Below are positions 31,791-41,119 of a stretch of DNA of 64,000 nt, in pieces. The translations under genes were made by a program, and so were the position numbers. The notes below the pieces were generated by a model, which was given only the letters and a program-made list of their open reading frames with translations, did not search any database and was not told where the DNA came from. The stretch covers positions 128,001-192,000 of the forward strand of contig JBFWWG010000003.1 of the NCBI GenBank assembly GCA_050246315.1, read 5' to 3'. This DNA comes from Nitrospiraceae bacterium. GTDB lineage: Bacteria > Nitrospirota > Nitrospiria > Nitrospirales > Nitrospiraceae. Each line of letters opens with the position of its first letter. Position 1 is the stretch's first letter.

Positions 31791-32000
31791 CGGAAGGGCG
31801 GACGACCCTGTCCGTCAACCGGTACTTCTTCGTATCCATCGAACCCTTCCTTTCCCCCTCCGCAGCCGATGCCTTTGGCGGTGTCTTGGCATGACTCCAA
31901 AATTGTACGCAGAGTGGCAATGATTGGCACCGCTAGGTCCATTTGTCACGGATCGAGTCGGCAAGTTGTTGAAAGACATCACCAATCATCAATGCTGACA

Positions 32001-32017
32001 TTGGCACATCATATGCA
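32001..32017 (+). promoter_or_regulatory. Sigma-54 (-24/-12) promoter of the polysaccharide operon
   Basis: TTGGCACATCATATGCA has GG-N10-GC spacing; 66 nt upstream of the first ATG. Confidence 0.7.
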
Positions 32018-32083
32018 GTGCTCTCGTCATTTAATGACCATCCTTGATCTATTAAGACGGGTCGACGATCAGAACGAGGCTGT

Positions 32084-32284
32084 ATGGGAAAGTTAGTGCG
32101 AGTCGTCATCCAATTGCCGATTGAGCTCAAGAATCAGCTAGACCTTCTGAAGCAACAGGGCTACACCGCCAGCGGTTTCATTCGCGCCGTCCTTGAGCGG
32201 GAATTCGCCAAAGTCGAGGAGGACAAGACGGACAAACTCAATCATGCCGTGCGGCCGATCTCCCCCCGCTCCATCAGCGGATAA
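32084..32284 (+). CDS. Small ribbon-helix-helix (CopG/Arc-like) protein, putative regulator
   Basis: Alternating strand RVVIQLP, helix ELKNQLDLLK, turn GYTAS, helix FIRAVLERE; RBS GAGG. Confidence 0.65.
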   Translation: MGKLVRVVIQLPIELKNQLDLLKQQGYTASGFIRAVLEREFAKVEEDKTDKLNHAVRPISPRSISG

Positions 32285-32287
32285 CTT

Positions 32288-33292
32288 ATGGCCCGTCTCA
32301 CCGATCTCATTCGCCACACCGATTATGTCCCACCGCTGGCCGGTCCGTCGCTGACATCGTTGAGGCCGGATGGGCCGCCACCGGTCGCCGTGGAACCCGA
32401 CGGCGAGTTGAGCGACCGTGAGTGGTATCAACGTGCGATCCTGGAGGTGTCTCGCATCGGCTGCGCCGTCGCGGAGCAGCGGGAACTTGATCTCAAGCCG
32501 TTGACCGAACTGGCCACCGCGCTGGCCAGTTCCACACGGCATCAGGACCATCTGCTGCGACAAGCCGTATCCGGGGCGCCGGTCCTCTCGCCCCTGGCTG
32601 CGAATTGCGTGAATGTGGCGATCATGGGGAACCGCTTGGCCCAAGGCCTGGGCTACTCACCGGCCGAATGCGAATGCGTCACGCTCGCCGGCTTGGTTCA
32701 TGACGTGGGAATGTTCCTGGTCCCGGACTCACTGGTCGCCAAGCCTCAAGCCCTGACCAGCGGCGAGCGGGCACTGGTCTATCACCACCCCCGCAACGGA
32801 GCCATGGCGCTGAGCCAAGTCGACGCTTCCTATCGATGGCTCGCCTCAATCGTGGAGCAGGAACACGAACGATGGGACGGGCAGGGATATCCCCATCGAC
32901 TGTCCGGTCCCAAGATCCATCGCTTTGCACAGGTCATCGGGCTTGCGGACGTGTTGGACGCCCTGGTGAATCCGCGTCCTTACCGCCAGACGCTCAGCGC
33001 CCATCAGGCGGTTCACCAGATTGTGACCGTTCAAAAGCATGTGTTTCCTGAGGACCTTTTGCGGTCGCTGTTGAATCGCATATCCCTCTATCCCCCGGGA
33101 ACCAGGGTGAGACTCAGCACGGGAGAGGCGGCTACGGTCGAACGGCTCAACCCTCGCACTCCCCTCAGGCCCGTCGTCCACCTGGTCGATTCGCCCACCT
33201 CGACCGAACAGGTGCTCGACCTGTCCCGCGTGCCCTCCGTCCATATCGTGGAGGTGGTGACCCATTCGTCTTCCGGAGACGCACGGACATGA
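32288..33292 (+). CDS. HD-GYP domain protein (partly degenerate)
   Basis: LVHDVG, HHP, EHERWDGQGYP, ADVLDAL, RPYR; C-terminal YPPGTRVRLSTGE...RP extension. Confidence 0.9.
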   Translation: MARLTDLIRHTDYVPPLAGPSLTSLRPDGPPPVAVEPDGELSDREWYQRAILEVSRIGCAVAEQRELDLKPLTELATALASSTRHQDHLLRQAVSGAPVLSPLAANCVNVAIMGNRLAQGLGYSPAECECVTLAGLVHDVGMFLVPDSLVAKPQALTSGERALVYHHPRNGAMALSQVDASYRWLASIVEQEHERWDGQGYPHRLSGPKIHRFAQVIGLADVLDALVNPRPYRQTLSAHQAVHQIVTVQKHVFPEDLLRSLLNRISLYPPGTRVRLSTGEAATVERLNPRTPLRPVVHLVDSPTSTEQVLDLSRVPSVHIVEVVTHSSSGDART

Positions 33293-34092
33293 ACCCTTGG
33301 ATCAGGCGCCTCGCCGGACGCACCATAACGTGGGTGCTGATCATGGTGCTGGGGACGGGAACCCTGTCCTGCCGGAACCCGGCGCAATCGACCCTCTCTC
33401 CGTCGAACATGGCCCCGGCTGGGGCGCGGTTTCCACCGCTCCCTAAGGGCGATGCCTATGCAGACGAATCCGTCGTGAGTTCGGATGCCAGAATCGACCC
33501 GGGCGATACGGTCGAGGTGTTGATCCATCGCGGGGCCGGAGAAGAGAAGTTTTCGACCACCGTTCGCGAGTCCGGCCATATCACACTGTCGTTCGTCGAC
33601 ATCGATGTGCGCGGACTGATGGTCTCCGAGGCAGAAGCGAGGATTACAGACAGCGTTCGGCCCTACATGCGGAACCCCAAGGTGCAGGTCTCGCTCAAGA
33701 AGCGCGGTGCCCGCGTGAAGCGGATTTTTGTCTTCGGAGAGGTGCGCAAACCCGGCATGTATCCCATGTCGCGCAACATGACCGTGCTGCACGCCCTGTC
33801 CGCGGCGGACAACTACACGGAAACCGCGTTGGTCGATGAGATCCGGATCATCCGAGGAGACTTGAATCGACCGCAGATCTACACGGCCGATCTGGCCCGC
33901 TTGTGGACCTACGGCGACATGACTCGCAACCTGGCTCTGGAAGAAAACGACGTCGTGTACGTGCCGCGTGAGCACCTGGGCGACGCCTCGGAGACCGCCA
34001 AGAAGCTGATGCCGGTGATCCAGACGGCCGTCGCACCATTCTATCCGTTGTTCGCTATCCCGCTGTTCGTTCCCGCGGCACAGATCCGATAG
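33289..34092 (+). CDS. wza: Polysaccharide export lipoprotein (Wza/OPX family, Poly_export plus SLBB)
   Basis: Lipobox-like TLSC; IDPGDTVEV...VRESGHITL...NPKVQV; VFGEVRKPG; LEENDVVYVP. Confidence 0.85.
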   Translation: MNPWIRRLAGRTITWVLIMVLGTGTLSCRNPAQSTLSPSNMAPAGARFPPLPKGDAYADESVVSSDARIDPGDTVEVLIHRGAGEEKFSTTVRESGHITLSFVDIDVRGLMVSEAEARITDSVRPYMRNPKVQVSLKKRGARVKRIFVFGEVRKPGMYPMSRNMTVLHALSAADNYTETALVDEIRIIRGDLNRPQIYTADLARLWTYGDMTRNLALEENDVVYVPREHLGDASETAKKLMPVIQTAVAPFYPLFAIPLFVPAAQIR

Positions 34093-34122
34093 GACTGCGC
34101 AGGCATGCTCTGAGGAGCAGAG

Positions 34123-36261
34123 ATGGCCCAGTACGAACTCGATGTCCTCGACTATTGGATGATTCTCAAGAAGCGGAGGTATCTGATTCTGCTGGCCACC
34201 CTGCTGGTCATCGGCTTCACATTCACCTTTACTCAGTTTATGAAGCCGACGCCCGTCTACGAGGCCTCTTCGCGCGTGAAGTTCGACCGCAGCACGACGG
34301 TCGCTCAGCAACTGCTCGAATCCATCACCTTCGCCACCGCCAACGATCTGACGACGCAAACGGAGGTCATCAAAGGTTTCCCGGTCATGGAACGGGTCGC
34401 GCAGGCCTTGGCCGTGGTTGAAGCGGACCTTCCGCCCGACGCACGGCGATCGGCGGAGTACCTCAACGCCGTCTACAATCTCGGTCAGCAGATCCAGACG
34501 TCCCGTGAATCGGACACGAACATCATCCGCATCACGGCGACCGCATCGGAACCGGATCTCGCTGAGCACATGGCCAACGAGGTCGCACAGGCCTATCGCA
34601 TCGAAAACATCGCCGCCCGCAACCGCATGGTGACCGAGTCACGCCGGTTCGTCGAAGACCAACTGGCGGCGCTGGAACAGAACCTTCAGGCCTCGGAAGA
34701 GGCGCTCCGCGTCTTCAAAGAACGGGAAGGGCAGGTCTTTCTGGACGAGGAGGCCAAGGCGGCACTCCAGACGTTCACCCAGCTCGAAGGCGAATTGAAC
34801 GCGATCGCCAGACAGGAAGAGGAAACTCGGCGCCAGATCGAGGCGCTCGAAAAACCCTCGTCGTCCATCGATACCAGGATCGGACGGATTTTCACCGAAG
34901 ATCCCTACGCACTGCTGACCAAACTCAATAGCCGCCTACTTGAATTGCTGCAGGATCGTTCCACCCTGTTGATCAACTACACACCGGAACATCCGCAGGT
35001 CAAGGAGACCGAGAGCAAAATCGCCAATGTGAAGAACGAGATGATTCGGGAGCTGCGGTCCAAGGCGGCGAGCCTCACGGACCGGGAGCGCACGCTCGAA
35101 CTCCAGATCGCACATTACCGGGAGCGGTACCTGGCCTTTCCCAAGGCCGCCATCGAGCTGACCCGGTTGGAACGCGAGGTGAAGGTCAATGCGGACCTGT
35201 ACTCGACACTCAAGATCAAGCATCAGGAATTGCTCATCAAGAGCGCCGAGCAAATCGAGGAGGTCACCCTCATTGCCCCGGCAGTCAAACCTCCAAAACC
35301 GACTAACGAGCCTAACGTGCCCTTGAATATGGCCGTGGGCTCGATGATGGGTCTCTTCCTGGGAGTGGTCCTGGCTTTCACCCGAGAGTCGCTGGATACC
35401 TCCATCGGCACCATCGAAGGCGTCGAGGACTTTCTCAAAGTGCCGGTGCTCGGCGTCATTCCCACCTTCGACGAACAGGAGCTCCAACAAGCGGCGAAGC
35501 AGGCTCTCCCGTCCGACGCCGAACAGGAGCTGGTGGAGGGGGTGTCCAAGCTGATCACCTTGCTCGATCCCAAGTCCCTGCTGTCGGAAAGTTTCCGCTC
35601 GCTTCGCACGAATATCCAGTTCGCCAGCATGGACCGACGCATCAAATCTCTCCTCTTCACGAGCGCCGGGCTAGGCGAAGGCAAGAGTACGACCGTCATC
35701 AATCTGGCCATCACGCTTGCGCAAGAAGGCCAGCGCGTCCTGCTCGTGGACGCGGACCTTCGCCGTCCCATAGTCCACAAACGACTCGGTCTCCCGCGGG
35801 ATCCCGGACTCGTCGAAGCGCTGCAGGGAAGCGCGTCGTGGCAAGAGGCGGTGCGCACAGCGACGGATCTGATGATCGGATCGCTGGGCGTGGACCGAGT
35901 CCTCAAGAGCCCGGGGCTCGACAATCTGCATATTCTCAGCAGTGGCTCCGCCGTGCACAACCCCAGCGAGTGCATGAGTCTGGCCAAGTTGAAGCCGCTG
36001 CTCGCCGAGATGCAGGAAGCCTACGACATTGTGCTGTTCGACACGCCGCCGATCCTGCCCGTCACCGACGCGGTCGCCATGAGTTCACGGATCGACGGCA
36101 CCGTGTTGGTCTACCAAGTTGGGCGGATTGGGCGAAATGCGCTGAAGCGCGCCAAATTCCTGTTGGACCATGCGCAGGCCAATATCATGGGGGTGGTCTT
36201 GACGAACGTGAAGGCCGAGATCTCCACCGAGGCCACGTTCTACCGCTACGAATCCCGCTAG
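34123..36261 (+). CDS. wzc: Polysaccharide co-polymerase / BY-kinase (Wzc/GumC)
   Basis: 2 TM segments flanking a coiled coil with YTPEHP; SESFRSLRTN, GEGKST, VDADLRRP, FDTPP. Confidence 0.93.
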   Translation: MAQYELDVLDYWMILKKRRYLILLATLLVIGFTFTFTQFMKPTPVYEASSRVKFDRSTTVAQQLLESITFATANDLTTQTEVIKGFPVMERVAQALAVVEADLPPDARRSAEYLNAVYNLGQQIQTSRESDTNIIRITATASEPDLAEHMANEVAQAYRIENIAARNRMVTESRRFVEDQLAALEQNLQASEEALRVFKEREGQVFLDEEAKAALQTFTQLEGELNAIARQEEETRRQIEALEKPSSSIDTRIGRIFTEDPYALLTKLNSRLLELLQDRSTLLINYTPEHPQVKETESKIANVKNEMIRELRSKAASLTDRERTLELQIAHYRERYLAFPKAAIELTRLEREVKVNADLYSTLKIKHQELLIKSAEQIEEVTLIAPAVKPPKPTNEPNVPLNMAVGSMMGLFLGVVLAFTRESLDTSIGTIEGVEDFLKVPVLGVIPTFDEQELQQAAKQALPSDAEQELVEGVSKLITLLDPKSLLSESFRSLRTNIQFASMDRRIKSLLFTSAGLGEGKSTTVINLAITLAQEGQRVLLVDADLRRPIVHKRLGLPRDPGLVEALQGSASWQEAVRTATDLMIGSLGVDRVLKSPGLDNLHILSSGSAVHNPSECMSLAKLKPLLAEMQEAYDIVLFDTPPILPVTDAVAMSSRIDGTVLVYQVGRIGRNALKRAKFLLDHAQANIMGVVLTNVKAEISTEATFYRYESR

Positions 36262-36272
36262 TCAGATGAGCG

Positions 36273-37730
36273 ATGGTCTCCTTACCCGACATCCGGCCGC
36301 GGCCTGATTTCCTGTTGCCGGTCCTGCTGGCCGCGCCGGTTGCATGGCTCAGCGCCACCGCAGCACCGTCGGTGGTCCTGGCCGTCGTGGCCGCCGTCAT
36401 ACCGCTCGTCATCTCGTTTCTCTCGCCGTTGAGTGGGCTCTACATCCTGGTCTTTTCCATGCTGCTGGGCCCCGAATTGCTGGTCGGTCAACTGGGCTCT
36501 GGTGCGTTGCTGGGCAGAGGGGTCACGCTCCGATTCGACGACCTGCTCTTGCTGCTCGTCGCATTCGGCTGGCTGGGACGCATGGCCATTTCTCCCGGTC
36601 AGCGGATCGTCTTGCGGACGTCGTTGAATCGCCCCATCGTTTGGTATGCCATCGGTTGCGTATTCGCCACATTGGTCGGCGTCCTCGCAGGACGGGTGCG
36701 TCCCGCCAGCGGTTTTTTCTTTCTCCTCAAGTATTACGAATACTTTTTCATCTATTTCATGACCGTGAACATCGTCACCGACAAACGGGACATCCAGCGG
36801 CTCGTCACGGCGAGCCTGATCACCTGCGGACTCGTCTCGTTGTACGCGATTGCGCAGATACCATCCGGCGTCCGGGTCTCGGCCCCCTTCGAGGGGCAGG
36901 AAGGGGAGCCCAACACGCTGGGAGGCTATCTGGTGTTCATGCTGGCCGTCATCGGCTCGCTGGTCGTCGTCAGAGGCGCGGTAGGCCGCCGATGGCCGCT
37001 GATCCTGTTGGCTTCGATCGCGGTCGTGGCCTTGCAGGCCACCCTGTCGCGTGCGTCGTTCTTGGCCATGGTTCCGGTCCTGCTGGGCTTCGCCTCCATC
37101 ATCCGGCGACGCCATCCTCTCCTGCTCGTGTGGGCCTTGATCGCTGCCCTCGGCCTCCTATGGCTGCTGCCCCGCCCGGTTGTCGACCGCCTCTCCTATA
37201 CCTTCAACCAGCCGGTGGAGGAGGGCCAGATCAAGGTGGGAACCTTGCGAATCGATACGTCCACGTCCGATCGCCTCCGGTCGTGGAAGCAGGCCGGCGA
37301 GATCTGGCTGACCTCCCCCTTATGGGGCAAGGGCGTCACCGGCGGCCCCTTCATGGATGCGATGTATCCCCACGTGCTGACCGAAACGGGACTGATCGGA
37401 TTGGCGGCCTTCGGCATCCTTCTGTGGAGCCTCTTCCGAGTCGGAATGACCGGGTATCACCTTTCTCCCGATCTCTATATGCAGGCGATCAGTCTGGGCT
37501 TCCTGCTCGGATTCCTCGGACTGCTCGTGCACGCGATCGGATCGAACACCTTCATCATCGTACGCATTATGGAACCGTTCTGGCTTTTCGCCGGGCTGGT
37601 CGTGAAAGGCTACATGGTGGCGAGTCCACCTCGGACGGGAAGCGATCATTATAATTCCGGGTCACGGCCGGATGATCGCTCTACTGAACGCCAGTTCATA
37701 CCTGGTCTCGGACCGGTCATTCCTCGCTAG
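36273..37730 (+). CDS. O-antigen ligase / Wzy polymerase family membrane protein
   Basis: About 12 TM segments; EPNTLGGYL, TLSRAS, S..DR..SW, PLWGKG, ETGLIG. Confidence 0.85.
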   Translation: MVSLPDIRPRPDFLLPVLLAAPVAWLSATAAPSVVLAVVAAVIPLVISFLSPLSGLYILVFSMLLGPELLVGQLGSGALLGRGVTLRFDDLLLLLVAFGWLGRMAISPGQRIVLRTSLNRPIVWYAIGCVFATLVGVLAGRVRPASGFFFLLKYYEYFFIYFMTVNIVTDKRDIQRLVTASLITCGLVSLYAIAQIPSGVRVSAPFEGQEGEPNTLGGYLVFMLAVIGSLVVVRGAVGRRWPLILLASIAVVALQATLSRASFLAMVPVLLGFASIIRRRHPLLLVWALIAALGLLWLLPRPVVDRLSYTFNQPVEEGQIKVGTLRIDTSTSDRLRSWKQAGEIWLTSPLWGKGVTGGPFMDAMYPHVLTETGLIGLAAFGILLWSLFRVGMTGYHLSPDLYMQAISLGFLLGFLGLLVHAIGSNTFIIVRIMEPFWLFAGLVVKGYMVASPPRTGSDHYNSGSRPDDRSTERQFIPGLGPVIPR

Positions 37731-37741
37731 GCAATCTCGTG

Positions 37742-39271
37742 ATGGAGCGCGTCTCCCCCATGCCTGTGCTTGAGCCGGTCAACCGCAGTACCCTCGTCTC
37801 AGGAACAAATCCCTCCGCGAAGGCTCCGTCCGCCAACGACAGGCTCTTGCCTTCCTTCAGCCGCGTCACGGGCCTGTTGCTGCTCAATCGACTGCTCACG
37901 TACGGACTCACGATCGGCAATTCCGTTGTGCTGGCGAGGACGCTGGGGACCGAGCGCCTCGGCCAGTTCGCCTATGCCACGGGCCTCGCGGGACTGTTCG
38001 GTCTGCTGCCACACCTCGGCATCAGCACGGTCATCACAAGAACCGTGGCCGCTGATCCCGATTTCACGGCCGGCATCCTTTTCACCGCGCGAAAGATTCA
38101 GGGAGGCGCAGCGGCAATCGCCTGTGGCTTGGTGGTGCTGACGGGCTGGTGTCTGCCGGTTTCTGCGGCATCGATGATTGACATCGCCCTGGCCGCCATT
38201 CAGATGGCGCTGGCCTCACTCAGTTGGCCCTACCTGGCCGTCCTCGCGGGACGAGCGCGCTACGATCTATTGGCCGGAGTGGAAACCACGATGGCGGCTG
38301 CCGGATCGCTGGCGTTGTTCGTTGCCGCCCTCGGCAGCGGTACCGTGCAGGCATTCCTGTGGTCCCAAGTCCTGGTGAGCATCCTCGCCGCGCTCGTCGC
38401 GCGCCGGGTCGCCGCGCAATTCATCCCAACGGACAGTGGACGCGCTTGCCCCGCCAGCACGTTTCTCCGGACAGCCACCCCGTTCGGACTCACGGCATTC
38501 GTGCAGAGCGCGTACACCCGATGTGACTTCTTGCTGCTGGGCCAGTTCGTTCCCGGTTCGGTTCTCGGCCTCTACAGCGCCGCCTACAAGCCGATCACGA
38601 TGTTGACTCATTTCGGCTCCTCAGCCGCAGGCACCCTGTTCCCATATCTGGTAGACGAACTGCGCGCCGGAACGTCCGGCACGTTCCACCGAGTGATGAA
38701 GGTCTTCGCCGTCACAGCACCGGCTGTCGCGCTGATCTTTAGCGGCCTGGCGACGTCGATCTTGTCCACTCTCTACGGAGAAGCCTTCAACGATGCGGCC
38801 CCGATGTTGTCGATTCTGGCCTGGTCCGCCGCAGCCAACTGGCTCTATGTTCCGCTCTGTACCACCCTGCAGGCCAAGTACAGAGAGTATGCCTGGCTGC
38901 GAGGTCTCACCATTGCGCTGGTCGTGAATCTCATCGTCAATGCGGCGGTCATTCCTGCGTGGGGTGGGACAGGCGCCGCCTTCGCGACTCTGGTCTCGGA
39001 GATGCTCCTATTCTTGATCGGAGCCTGGTTGGTGATGAAAGAATTGGGGCACAGACCTCCGGCGAGCATGGTTGTCGGCATTACTGTCGCAGCGGGGCTC
39101 GGCGCCGGGATTCTCTGGCAGTTGTCCGATTGGGGACCGATTCCCGCAACGACCTGCGCGCTGTTGATATATGTGGGCCTTCTCCTCGCCACCAGAACCA
39201 TCTCCTGGGAAGACGGGCTGGCCGTTGTGGCACGGCTTCGAGAGGCCGGGCAGGGGAGACGTCGATCGTGA
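37742..39271 (+). CDS. wzx: Wzx-type oligosaccharide flippase
   Basis: About 14 TM segments; LARTLGTERLG, DFLLLG...LGLYSAAYK; start uncertain (37739-37759). Confidence 0.88.
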   Translation: MERVSPMPVLEPVNRSTLVSGTNPSAKAPSANDRLLPSFSRVTGLLLLNRLLTYGLTIGNSVVLARTLGTERLGQFAYATGLAGLFGLLPHLGISTVITRTVAADPDFTAGILFTARKIQGGAAAIACGLVVLTGWCLPVSAASMIDIALAAIQMALASLSWPYLAVLAGRARYDLLAGVETTMAAAGSLALFVAALGSGTVQAFLWSQVLVSILAALVARRVAAQFIPTDSGRACPASTFLRTATPFGLTAFVQSAYTRCDFLLLGQFVPGSVLGLYSAAYKPITMLTHFGSSAAGTLFPYLVDELRAGTSGTFHRVMKVFAVTAPAVALIFSGLATSILSTLYGEAFNDAAPMLSILAWSAAANWLYVPLCTTLQAKYREYAWLRGLTIALVVNLIVNAAVIPAWGGTGAAFATLVSEMLLFLIGAWLVMKELGHRPPASMVVGITVAAGLGAGILWQLSDWGPIPATTCALLIYVGLLLATRTISWEDGLAVVARLREAGQGRRRS

Positions 39272-39315
39272 GCCACTTGCGACTCCGGCAGAACGATCGT
39301 GACGAGGACCATCAC

Positions 39316-40452
39316 ATGACAATCGGAATCGATGCGGGCCCGATGGTCGGACGGGGAGGCATCAGCTCCTACGTCACGGATCTGGTCGGAACTCTCGTGG
39401 CCGGTGCTGCTGAGACGCAATGGCGCCTGTTCCTGCGCCGCAGTTGGCGCGATCACCGGGACGACCGCCGTCTCACAGACTTGGCGCCCACGACCACCGT
39501 GTCCATCCCTGATCGGCTGCTCCGATTAGGATGGCGCTGGCTTCCTCCGTCCTCTATCTCCCTTGGCCGGATTCGGCAGCCGCTCGACGGCTACCTCTCG
39601 ACCTGCCTCATGACTCCGAAACTGAAGCACACCACCATCATCAGCATCATCTACGACCTCATCCCGCTGCGTCTGCCGCAACTCTTTCCGCGCCGTCGGA
39701 TATTTCTGGAGTTGATCCGCGACACGGTGAAGCGATCGGATATGTTGGTCGCCATCTCCCATCGAACCAAAACAGATTTGGTCGAATTGTTAAGAGTGGA
39801 ACCGGGCCGCATCCGGGTCGTGTATCCGGGACGTCACGAAGAGTGGTCGGCCATCTCTCAATCCGTGCTTTCGGCCATTCGTGCTCGCTATGGATTGCCT
39901 TCTCGGTATCTCCTCTATCTCGGATCTCTCGGCGCGCACAAAAATATCTCGACCGTGCTCCGCGCGTTTGCCTTGGCTCGCGATACAGGTCGATTGAATG
40001 TTCCCTTGGTCATCACGGGCGATGCCCGCTGGGGCGAGCAGGCGCTCGAGTTGTTGAACGACCTGCAGCTCCGCCGACACGTCATCCTGACCGGGAGGGT
40101 GCCGGATTCCGACATTCCGGCGATGTACTCCGGCGCCATGGCGTTCGTCTTTCCATCCTTCTACGAAGGATTCGGGTTGCCCGTCCTGGACGCGATGACC
40201 TGCGGCGTGCCGGCGATCGTCTCGACAGGGGGCGCTTTGCCTGAGGTGGTAGGAAGGGCAGGGATCTGCTTGCCTCCCGACTCGATCGAAGCCTGGGCAG
40301 ATACGCTCTGCCGGATCTCTCGCGATCAGGAACTGCGGGAGCAATTGGCGGCAGGGGCCCGCGCACGCGCCGCTCAATTTTCGTGGGCGCGAAGCGCAGC
40401 CGCAATCCGCCAACTGTTTGAGTCTGGACGAGAGGATCGGAACGCCGCATAG
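39316..40452 (+). CDS. Glycosyltransferase family 4
   Basis: IGIDA, IYDLIP, HKNI, FPSFYEGFGLPVLDAM, FSW. Confidence 0.93.
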   Translation: MTIGIDAGPMVGRGGISSYVTDLVGTLVAGAAETQWRLFLRRSWRDHRDDRRLTDLAPTTTVSIPDRLLRLGWRWLPPSSISLGRIRQPLDGYLSTCLMTPKLKHTTIISIIYDLIPLRLPQLFPRRRIFLELIRDTVKRSDMLVAISHRTKTDLVELLRVEPGRIRVVYPGRHEEWSAISQSVLSAIRARYGLPSRYLLYLGSLGAHKNISTVLRAFALARDTGRLNVPLVITGDARWGEQALELLNDLQLRRHVILTGRVPDSDIPAMYSGAMAFVFPSFYEGFGLPVLDAMTCGVPAIVSTGGALPEVVGRAGICLPPDSIEAWADTLCRISRDQELREQLAAGARARAAQFSWARSAAAIRQLFESGREDRNAA

Positions 40453-40456
40453 ACTC

Positions 40457-41119
40457 ATGAGCGCCCGGCGCTACGATCGCGACTACTTCGAAGGTCGGAC
40501 CAGACAGAGTCCGCCCCATTCCAAGGAACTGATCTATCCATGGGCAGCCCGGACCAGTCGGTTTTTGTGCCATCGCGTGCCGGCCTCCCGTGCGCTGGAT
40601 CTCGGCTGCGCCAAGGGGTATCTCGTGGAGGCCCAGACTGCCGCCGGCATCCCTCATTCGTTCGGCCTGGATGTCAGTCCCTATGCCGTCACGAACGCCG
40701 ACCACAGTCTTCGGGGACGCCTCCTGGTTGGAGACGCACAGGCGGGGCTTCCCTTCCGGGACGGCGCCTTGGACCTCGTCACTGCCCTGGACCTGTTCGA
40801 ACACTTGGTCGATCCCTTGCCCCTGCTCCTCGACATCCGCCGGATCTTGGCATCCCATGGGCGAGCTTACCTCAAGATCTGTCACCCCAATCATCCGAAC
40901 GCCACGCGCGACCCCACGCACGTCAATGTACAACCGCTGGCATATTGGAAGGGGAAGTTCAGGCAAGCCGGGTTCCGATTCAGGCGCTGCTATGAAACTG
41001 AGTTGAGCGGAGACACGACGTTGATCGAGCGGGCGAAGAATCTGTTCCGATTGGTTCGGGAATGGGCCGCCCTCGGCACACCCGCCGACTACAAATTCCT
41101 GCTGCGAAAAACATCATGA
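40457..41119 (+). CDS. Class I SAM-dependent methyltransferase
   Basis: ALDLGCAKG, GLDVS, LPF, DLFEHL, DPTHVN. Confidence 0.9.
   Translation: MSARRYDRDYFEGRTRQSPPHSKELIYPWAARTSRFLCHRVPASRALDLGCAKGYLVEAQTAAGIPHSFGLDVSPYAVTNADHSLRGRLLVGDAQAGLPFRDGALDLVTALDLFEHLVDPLPLLLDIRRILASHGRAYLKICHPNHPNATRDPTHVNVQPLAYWKGKFRQAGFRFRRCYETELSGDTTLIERAKNLFRLVREWAALGTPADYKFLLRKTS

Noticed and set aside
33088..34569. Long antisense or alternate-frame ORFs (also 15932-17134, 25049-26290, 36344-37654, 54174-55625, 55979-57133)
   Set aside because: They overlap well-supported genes and have no recognisable motifs; such shadow ORFs are expected from GC-rich codon bias
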